A stretch of DNA of 64,000 bases from Bacteroidota bacterium (GTDB lineage: Bacteria > Bacteroidota > Bacteroidia > Chitinophagales > LD1), in contig JAPLES010000018.1 in NCBI GenBank assembly GCA_026391075.1, positions 229-64,228 on the forward strand, written 5' to 3'. The notes below the pieces were generated by a model. That model was given only the letters and a program-made list of their open reading frames with translations, made no database searches and was not told the DNA's origin. Shown piece after piece: positions 57,368-64,000 of the stretch. Positions within the stretch are counted from its first letter, which is position 1; each line of letters begins with the position of its first letter. The translations under genes were made by a program, and so were the position numbers.

Positions 57368-58054
57368 TTAATTCAATTCGATTGTTTCGCCAATATTTAA
57401 AAGCAACAATTCTTTTCCTTTCGCTGCAAATTTACTCTTAGCTTCTTCGTGATTGATTTTTATAAATCCAAAGGTATCGTAGTGCAAACCGATAATTTTA
57501 TTGCACTTCACAAAATCACTGGCAACAATCGCATCATCAATTCCCATCGTAAAATTATCTCCGATAGGAAGTAATGCCACATTCAATTTTGCACATGTGA
57601 GCGGAATCAATTGCATATCCATTGTCAAAGCAGTGTCGCCACTGTAGTAAATATTTCCTTCTACGGTCTCCATTACAAAACCTCCCGGATTACCTCCGTA
57701 AGTTCCATCGGGCAATGAACTTGAATGAATAGCCGAAACATATTTTGCAGTTCCGAAATCAAATTTCCATTTGCCACCATGATTCATTGGGTGATACTTT
57801 TCAATTCCTTTTTTGTTGAACCAAACCGCTATTTCATAGTTAGAAACAATTACAGCATTCGTGCGTTTTGCAATATCGAAAGCATCAGCCACATGGTCTT
57901 CGTGACCGTGCGATAGAAAAATATAATCAGCAGGAATCGTATTCACATAAATGTGTTTTGCTAACTCATTATGTTTAATAAACGGGTCGAAGAGTAAATT
58001 TTTCCCTGCCACATTCAAACCAAAACAAGCATGTCCGTAATACGTAATTTTCAT
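57368..58054 (-). CDS. metal-dependent hydrolase (UPF0173/YtkL-like MBL fold)
   Basis: MKITYYGHACF and LSHGHEDH. Confidence 0.85.
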   Translation of the reverse strand: MKITYYGHACFGLNVAGKNLLFDPFIKHNELAKHIYVNTIPADYIFLSHGHEDHVADAFDIAKRTNAVIVSNYEIAVWFNKKGIEKYHPMNHGGKWKFDFGTAKYVSAIHSSSLPDGTYGGNPGGFVMETVEGNIYYSGDTALTMDMQLIPLTCAKLNVALLPIGDNFTMGIDDAIVASDFVKCNKIIGLHYDTFGFIKINHEEAKSKFAAKGKELLLLNIGETIELN

Positions 58055-58103
58055 TTATTGCACTTCTGTATTGATGCGCTCAAAAGTAGAACATACGTGG
58101 AAC

Positions 58104-58132
58104 AAAAAACCGCTGTATTCTCAACGAATACA
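58104..58132 (-). terminator. rho-independent terminator after the PIN gene
   Basis: Stem tgtattc / gaataca with loop tcaac, followed on the minus strand by U6. Confidence 0.65.
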
Positions 58133-58144
58133 CAGGGTGTCTGT

Positions 58145-58651
58145 TTAAATGTCTGTTGACAAGTGGCGTTTTTGTGTGGAGATGTGCCTGTTTAGTGTTA
58201 GCGAAGTGTGGACACACGAAATCTGCTGCAACTTACCTTTTATCAGTCTTTCAATAAAGGCTTGTGAATCGAGAACTGTAATTTCAGAAAAGTGGTAATC
58301 AGAAATATCTTCGGTGATAATGTATTTGCATTTGTTTTTCAATGCAGAATAGTATTCAAGCCCATCTTCAAAGTCGCGAACTTTTTTGTTTGCAACTGCT
58401 TTCACTACTTCATCACTTCCTACATCGGTTATACCCAACTTCTGGGATAGAATTTCAATTTTCCTTTTGGCTTCTGTAGTGCCGCTTTTCTTTTCTGCAA
58501 AATAAAATGCAATGGCAAGACAAAGCGCAGAAGTGTAAATTTCAAAATTTTTATCGTCTGCTAAACTCAATATGCGCGATGAAAAACTATAAACCGGATA
58601 CTCCTTGTTAAGCACCGAAACAATAATGTTGGCATCTAAGAAGATTTTCAT
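58145..58651 (-). CDS. PIN-domain toxin (VapC-like)
   Basis: MKIFLDANIIV (first acidic residue), FEDGLEYYSA and YIITED supply the acidic PIN residues. Its ATG overlaps the upstream stop (ATGA). Confidence 0.75.
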   Translation of the reverse strand: MKIFLDANIIVSVLNKEYPVYSFSSRILSLADDKNFEIYTSALCLAIAFYFAEKKSGTTEAKRKIEILSQKLGITDVGSDEVVKAVANKKVRDFEDGLEYYSALKNKCKYIITEDISDYHFSEITVLDSQAFIERLIKGKLQQISCVHTSLTLNRHISTQKRHLSTDI

Positions 58652-58911
58652 TTCCTCTTTTTGCTTGTATAAAACTCTTCCTTCATTTTTTTCTTGGAAG
58701 GCTTACTTGTTTTATACTCAACCGTACCTTCACTAACCATATTGACCCAATCGGAAACAGGCAGGTCTTCTAAATCTGTATGATAACCCGAAGTAATTTT
58801 ACGAAGTAAATGTTCGGTGAGGCGCGACAAACTGATATTTTTTCTCTCCGCAAATTCCTTTGCTTTAAGAATTACCTGTTCATCGAAACTGAGTGTGATT
58901 TTAGCATCCAT
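58648..58911 (-). CDS. antitoxin-like small protein (DUF6364 / RHH-like)
   Basis: Start preferred at MDAKITLSFDEQVILKAKEFAERKNISLSRLTEHLL, an 87-aa protein with a ribbon-helix-helix-like N-terminus. Confidence 0.65.
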   Translation of the reverse strand: MDAKITLSFDEQVILKAKEFAERKNISLSRLTEHLLRKITSGYHTDLEDLPVSDWVNMVSEGTVEYKTSKPSKKKMKEEFYTSKKRK

Positions 58912-59053
58912 AACTTTATTATTTTTATACGACACGAAAATAATAGTTATACGTATAAAATGCAAGAAAGGATGTACAAATTTTTCTTTCGCAGATTATT
59001 AGTGTAACGAACCATGCAAAGTTAAGGTCTTAGAAAACCAGTATGGACGAAAC

Positions 59054-59962
59054 TTAATTTTCTGAAGATGGGCCTAGCTTTTTAATTTTTGATTCCAACC
59101 CCAAAAACTTACTGGGTTCTGGAAAAAGATTTGAGACTTCCTCCGGAGCAACTAAAGCTGGGTGTATCTCAGCGCCTTTTGTTATAAGTTCAGCAAATAT
59201 GGTTATGGAGTTTTTTATTTTGCCAATATTTTCTGGTAGATTTTCCTTGAAATATTCTGAACTAATGAATTCCGCTTCAGCTTGAATCACAGCTTCTGTT
59301 TCCGCCTTTTGCGCTTTCAAAATATCTTCCATACTATCATTCTTAACTTTCAAACCTCTAATTTGTTGTTCAAGAAGTCTTCCTTCCTGAATCTTCTTAT
59401 AAATTACAGCCGCAGACCAAACAAGACTAGCAACTAAAGAAACTGCCGTTGTTCCTATAAAAACATTTAGCCAAATAGATCCATTCTCTACACTTACAAT
59501 CTTAGTTTGCCCTCCTATTTCTTTATTGAAAATAACCTGTGATAGTGCAACGTGAATATCTTTCGAAACTTTTGAGAGCTCTTCAAAGTCATTAACAGGC
59601 GGTAATTTAATATTAATGGAACTTGGATCTTCGTCTGGTATAGTCTTAACTAAGACATCTAGAAAACTGTCAGCTAGCGTTTTTACTTTAGCTAGACTAT
59701 TATTCACGACATTCCCCTCCGCTTGCTGCAACTGTAAAGAATCTCTTCCTGTCGTGAAAATTACTGATTCAACAAGAGAATCAGTTTCTTTATTAAATAA
59801 ACCAAGCGCATGCAAATCACTAAGTGCAGATCTTAATATTGTCAGATTAGAAAATTGCACAAAGTTACCCTGCGCTGGTATATTAACAGTTTTAGATTCC
59901 CAGATTAGTCTTCGCTGAATATCTATAAGCTTAAGCTTTATAGTTTTTAAGGTGCTTTCCAT
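59054..59962 (-). CDS. orphan single-pass membrane protein with coiled coil (302 aa)
   Basis: One TM segment, GSIWLNVFIGTTAVSLVASLVWSAAVIY (about residues 160-188), then a heptad-like charged region (QEGRLLEQQIRGLKVKNDSMEDILKAQKAETEAVIQAEAE). No recognisable family. Confidence 0.55.
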   Translation of the reverse strand: MESTLKTIKLKLIDIQRRLIWESKTVNIPAQGNFVQFSNLTILRSALSDLHALGLFNKETDSLVESVIFTTGRDSLQLQQAEGNVVNNSLAKVKTLADSFLDVLVKTIPDEDPSSINIKLPPVNDFEELSKVSKDIHVALSQVIFNKEIGGQTKIVSVENGSIWLNVFIGTTAVSLVASLVWSAAVIYKKIQEGRLLEQQIRGLKVKNDSMEDILKAQKAETEAVIQAEAEFISSEYFKENLPENIGKIKNSITIFAELITKGAEIHPALVAPEEVSNLFPEPSKFLGLESKIKKLGPSSEN

Positions 59963-59991
59963 ATTTGGTAAATTTATTAATATCTCACATT

Positions 59992-61920
59992 CTACTTATA
60001 CTCCGCTATCTCCTCATTAATCTGCGTTACAAAATCAACCAACGATTTTACACCTTGGTCGCCATGCCCTTGCTTGCGAACTGCAACAGCATTATCTGCT
60101 GCTTCCTTCTCTCCCACTACAAGCATATAAGGAACCCTGCGCAATTCTGTATCGCGTATCTTCTTACCAATCTTCTCGGCACGTTCATCTATCGAAACTT
60201 CAATATTATGTTTCTTTAATTCTGCGCGCACTTTGTTAGCATAATCTAAATATTTATCACTGATAGGAAGAATAGCTACCTGCTCAGGTGCCAACCACAC
60301 AGGGAACTTACCGGCATAATGCTCCAGCAAGAAACCAATCATACGCTCGTGTGTGGAAAGCGGTGCGCGGTGAATAATAATGGGGCGTTCCTTTTCGTTG
60401 TTCTCGTTTACAAACGATAAATCGAAACGCTCTGCCTGTGCAAAGTCAACCTGGTTAGTGGCGATGGTAAACTCTTTACCAATGGCACTCCAAATCTGTA
60501 TATCAATCTTAGGCCCATAGAAAGCGGCTTCATCAGCCACCTCAATAAACGGCAAACCCGATTTCACCAATACTCTGCGCACCATGTCTTCGGTTTCAAT
60601 CCACAGCGGACCGTTGTCAATATATTTTTGTCCCAGTTTTTCCGGTGCGTGTTTACTAAAGCGCATCTGGTATTTCTCGATACCGAATATTTTGAAATAC
60701 TTCACGTAAAGTTCGTTCACCTTCATGAACTCTTCTTCAAACTGGTCTTTAGTGCAATAGATATGCGCATCGTTCATCTGCATAGAGCGCACACGCATTA
60801 AGCCCATCAACTCACCGCTCTGCTCGTAACGGTAGCAGGTTCCATATTCAGCAAAACGCAAAGGCATATCGCGGTAACTCTTTGGCGTTGCCGAAAATAT
60901 TTTGTGGTGATGCGGACAGTTCATCGCCTTCAAATAATATTTCGTTCCGTCTAATTCCATTGGCGGAAACATAGAATCGGCATAGTAAGGCAAGTGACCG
61001 CTGCGCAAATACAAAGCCTCTTTAGCAATGTGTGGAGATTTTACACGCACATAACCTTGCTCGTTTTCGTTCTTCTTGGCAAGTGCTTCTAACTTCTCAA
61101 TTAAAGCCGCGCCTTTTGGCAACCATAAAGGTAAACCCGGACCCACTTCATCATCAAAGGCGAAAATTTCCAACTCCTTTCCTATCAAGCGGTGGTCGCG
61201 TTTCTTGGCTTCTTCAAGCATTGCCAAGTGAGCATCCAACTGCGCTTGCTTCGGGAAAGTGATTCCGTAAATACGTGTAAGCTGTTTATTATTCGAATCG
61301 CCTTTCCAATATGCACCGGCAATATTCAGCAACTTGATGGCTTTAATATAACCGGTACTCGGAATATGCGGTCCGCGACACAAGTCTGTAAAGTTTCCTT
61401 GTTTGTAGAAAGTAATTTCTCCATCAGCTAAACCCGAAAGCAAATCGAGCTTGTATTCATCTCCTTTCTCGGTAAAGTATTGCACGGCTTCTGCCTTAGG
61501 CTTTTCGCTGCGCTCAAACTTATTGTCCTGCTTTGCCAAATCCAACATCAACTTTTCAATGCGCTCTAAATCGGCTTCGCTAAGGGTTTGTCCGCCCATG
61601 TCAATATCGTAGTAGTAACCATTATCTAACGGTGGGCCCACCCAAAATTTTACACCAGGGAAAAGCGTTTCAATCGCCTCTGCCATTAAGTGAGCCGATG
61701 AATGCCAGAAAGTTTTCTTGCCGCCTTCATCTTCAAACTTCAACAATTTAAGAGAAGCATCGCTGTTAATCGGTCGCGTTAAATCCCATACTTCGTTATT
61801 TACTTCAGCAGCCACAACCGCTTTTGCCAAGCCCTGGCTAATACTTGCAGCTATATCGTATGCACTTGTTCCTTCGTTGTATTCACGAACGCTTCCATCA
61901 GGCAGAGTAATCTTTATCAT
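59992..61920 (-). CDS. thrS: threonine--tRNA ligase
   Basis: True start is MIKITLPDGSVREY (TGS domain). Editing-domain motif HSSAH and class II core (RVRSMQMNDAH, HRAPLSTHERMIGFLLEH). The 38-codon upstream extension in the track would cross the divergent GH31 promoter region. Confidence 0.96.
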   Translation of the reverse strand: MIKITLPDGSVREYNEGTSAYDIAASISQGLAKAVVAAEVNNEVWDLTRPINSDASLKLLKFEDEGGKKTFWHSSAHLMAEAIETLFPGVKFWVGPPLDNGYYYDIDMGGQTLSEADLERIEKLMLDLAKQDNKFERSEKPKAEAVQYFTEKGDEYKLDLLSGLADGEITFYKQGNFTDLCRGPHIPSTGYIKAIKLLNIAGAYWKGDSNNKQLTRIYGITFPKQAQLDAHLAMLEEAKKRDHRLIGKELEIFAFDDEVGPGLPLWLPKGAALIEKLEALAKKNENEQGYVRVKSPHIAKEALYLRSGHLPYYADSMFPPMELDGTKYYLKAMNCPHHHKIFSATPKSYRDMPLRFAEYGTCYRYEQSGELMGLMRVRSMQMNDAHIYCTKDQFEEEFMKVNELYVKYFKIFGIEKYQMRFSKHAPEKLGQKYIDNGPLWIETEDMVRRVLVKSGLPFIEVADEAAFYGPKIDIQIWSAIGKEFTIATNQVDFAQAERFDLSFVNENNEKERPIIIHRAPLSTHERMIGFLLEHYAGKFPVWLAPEQVAILPISDKYLDYANKVRAELKKHNIEVSIDERAEKIGKKIRDTELRRVPYMLVVGEKEAADNAVAVRKQGHGDQGVKSLVDFVTQINEEIAEYK

Positions 61921-62037
61921 ACTATTCGAATTTAAATTGAATGAAGGGCGAATATAAAAATGCGAGCGTTTTGTTTGGGTGATTGATGTAAAAACAAAAA
62001 CGAGTGCTAACATTGTCAGCCACCTAAATCTCAAACC

Positions 62038-64000
62038 ATGCTATCCATCCGAATCTGTTTGACACTTGCATTAGCTATCCTAATTTCTACTCTAGTATCG
62101 CAACCATACAATCCAATGGCAAATCCAAAAGCTCTAGTTGTATCAGGCAATTCGCGTTTCACTATTCTTACCGACCATGTTATTCGTTTGGAATTTTCTA
62201 CAGATAGTAGTTTCACCAACCAAGCTTCCTTAACTTTTGTCAATAGAAATTTGCCTGTTCCTGAATTTACCTCAAGTGAAACAAACGGATGGCTGATGAT
62301 TAAAACAAAATATTGCAGTTTGCATTATCAGCAAAACAGCGGAGCGTTCAACGCGCACAATTTGTTCATTGAATACAGCGATGGGCAACATTCCTTTACC
62401 TGGAAACCAGGAATTAGAGACCATAAAAATTTGAAAGGCACTACGCGCACTTTAGATGGTTGCTCGGGCAAATTCAGTTTCTATGGTTTAAAAAAGATCC
62501 CGCTCGAAGATGGTTTGCTCTCGCGCAGCGGATGGACTTTGATTGATGATTCCGAACGGCCCTTATTCGATAACACCGATTGGCCTTGGGTGCAAAACCG
62601 CATAGGAGATATTCAGGATTTTTATTTTTTCAGTTATGGCAACAACTACAAAGCCGCGCTCTACGATTTTACTTTGGTAGCCGGAAAAATTTCTCTGCCG
62701 CCTAAATTTGCTTTCGGCATTTGGTATTCGCGCTATTGGAACTACACCGAAAACGAGTTGAAAGAAATTGCGAATGAATATGAGCGCAATAATATTCCGC
62801 TCGATGTGCTGGTGGTAGATATGGATTGGCATTTGACCGAACAATCGAGTCCTGAAATTTTCAATCGTTACACGCCAAAGCCAAACGGCTGGACGGGTTT
62901 TACATGGGAGAAAAAATATTTCCCCGACTACAAAGAATTTCTTTCGTGGACGAACAATAAAAATTTGCAAACATGTTTGAATCTTCATCCCGCAGCAGGA
63001 GTGCAACAACATGAAGCTGCTTATTCTGCCTTTGCAAGTGCTATGAACTTTGATACAACAAATCATGCAGCTATTCCTTTTGATGTTACGAACAAAAAAT
63101 TTGCGCAAACTTATCTCGATGTGTTGCTGCACCCTTACGAAAAGGACGGCATTGATTTTTGGTGGCTCGACTGGCAGCAATGGGGGCACACAAATATTAA
63201 AGGCGTGAATCCCACTTTCTATTTAAACTATGTGCATTTCAGCGATATGCAGCGCGAAAGAAAACGTCCGCTAATTTTTCACCGCTGGGGCGGGCTTGGA
63301 AATCATCGCTATCAAATTGGGTTTTCGGGCGACTACTTTATCAATTGGAAATCGCTTGCGTATCAGCCTGCGTTTACTGCCAATGCTGCGAACGTGGGCT
63401 TCGGTTATTGGAGTCACGATATTGGTGGGCACATGGCGGGTGGAATTAAAAATGAACACGACCCAGAATTGTTTACGCGCTGGGTGCAGTGGGGAGCATT
63501 CAGCCCCATCTTTCGCACGCATGCAACTAAGAACGGTGAAATTGAAAGACGCATTTATAAATATCCGCAAGCAAATTTTAATGCCATGCGCAAAGCCTTG
63601 CAACAACGTTATACGTTGTTGCCCTACATTTATACCATGGCGCGTTTTGTTTATGACTCTGCCGTCTCGCTCGTTCGCCCCATGTATTACGAATTTCCCG
63701 AGATGGAAAAAGCATATCACTTGGAGCATCAATATTTCTTTGGTAACAATATGATAGTGGCTCCGGTTACAAAATCAATGGATGGAAAAGAAACGGTTTC
63801 GCAAACCGTGTGGCTGCCCGAAGGCAATTGGTTCGATTACCGAAACAATAATTTACTGCAAGGCGGAAAAGAAATTACAGCGAATTACGCTTTAGATGAA
63901 ATTCCTGTATTTGTAAAAGCGGGTAGTATTATTCCAACGCAAACTGCGAAGCTACGAATTGAAGGAAGTATTTTGGACACACTGATACTTACAGTTTATC
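62038..64000 (+). CDS. glycoside hydrolase family 31 protein, 5' 654 codons (continues beyond the window end)
   Basis: Absent from the track because it is truncated. My translation from the ATG at 62038 reads MLSIRICLTLALAILIS (signal)..PPKFAFGIWYSRYW..NNIPLDVLVVDMDWH..GIDFWWLDWQQ..GFGYWSHDIGGH..RWVQWGAFSPIFRTH..PEGNWFDY, the typical GH31 catalytic-domain blocks. Confidence 0.85.
   Translation, partial: MLSIRICLTLALAILISTLVSQPYNPMANPKALVVSGNSRFTILTDHVIRLEFSTDSSFTNQASLTFVNRNLPVPEFTSSETNGWLMIKTKYCSLHYQQNSGAFNAHNLFIEYSDGQHSFTWKPGIRDHKNLKGTTRTLDGCSGKFSFYGLKKIPLEDGLLSRSGWTLIDDSERPLFDNTDWPWVQNRIGDIQDFYFFSYGNNYKAALYDFTLVAGKISLPPKFAFGIWYSRYWNYTENELKEIANEYERNNIPLDVLVVDMDWHLTEQSSPEIFNRYTPKPNGWTGFTWEKKYFPDYKEFLSWTNNKNLQTCLNLHPAAGVQQHEAAYSAFASAMNFDTTNHAAIPFDVTNKKFAQTYLDVLLHPYEKDGIDFWWLDWQQWGHTNIKGVNPTFYLNYVHFSDMQRERKRPLIFHRWGGLGNHRYQIGFSGDYFINWKSLAYQPAFTANAANVGFGYWSHDIGGHMAGGIKNEHDPELFTRWVQWGAFSPIFRTHATKNGEIERRIYKYPQANFNAMRKALQQRYTLLPYIYTMARFVYDSAVSLVRPMYYEFPEMEKAYHLEHQYFFGNNMIVAPVTKSMDGKETVSQTVWLPEGNWFDYRNNNLLQGGKEITANYALDEIPVFVKAGSIIPTQTAKLRIEGSILDTLILTVY

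Noticed and set aside
61921-62034. N-terminal extensions suggested by the track: thrS (to 62034), asnB (from 22209), the EEP nuclease (to 33745), the LRR protein (from 3609), parB (to 56416) and the antitoxin (to 58965).
   Set aside because: The conserved protein N-termini begin at internal Met codons: MIKITLPDG, MCGIAGF and signal peptides. The extensions run through terminators or divergent promoter regions.
41729-62037. A run of 20 consecutive minus-strand genes ends at the thrS/GH31 divergence. I considered this a replication-origin or strand-switch signature.
   Set aside because: Gene orientation alone is not diagnostic. I cannot compute GC skew reliably by eye, and the 117-bp divergent spacer has no DnaA boxes. 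A cumulative GC-skew plot of the full replicon would settle it.

Overview
This 64-kb window looks like a chromosomal segment of a Bacteroidota genome. Support: four proteins carry T9SS C-terminal sorting domains, several genes have TAnnTTTG-type -7 promoter boxes, and DUF5683 follows parAB. I can support about 55 protein genes, one tRNA-Arg(ACG) and several rho-independent terminators. Two genes missing from the ORF track run off the window edges: gyrA (1-734, minus) and a GH31 glycosidase (62038-64000, plus). Most content is housekeeping: gyrA, gdh, asnB, smc, purA, ribH, parAB, thrS, two APC permeases, a TonB-dependent receptor, Fur, LplA and HMG-CoA lyase. Surface and secreted genes include a 1506-aa protein with 13 PKD repeats, a 1475-aa LTD-CotH-repeat protein, an endonuclease I, an EEP nuclease and a beta-propeller protein. 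I found no CRISPR array, integrase, transposase, reverse transcriptase, prophage or rRNA, and I cannot demonstrate a complete novel multi-gene system. The best candidates for a second look are: (1) a sphingolipid/sulfonolipid theme, with an Spt-like alpha-oxoamine synthase followed by an unassignable 433-aa protein and a lipoprotein (50821-54483), an alkaline-ceramidase homolog (39757-40704) and a DEGS-like desaturase (24752-25747). (2) An AT-rich restriction-modification-like pair, where an SPPY beta-class methyltransferase overlaps an endonuclease-VII/HNH protein (about 900-2340). (3) A PIN/DUF6364-like toxin-antitoxin pair beside an orphan membrane coiled-coil protein (58145-59962). (4) A heptanucleotide tandem repeat inside an MBL hydrolase gene (8979-9011). 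(5) An 18-mer present twice just downstream of terminators (20624, 30364). All functional calls come from reading motifs in the translations; no database search was run.
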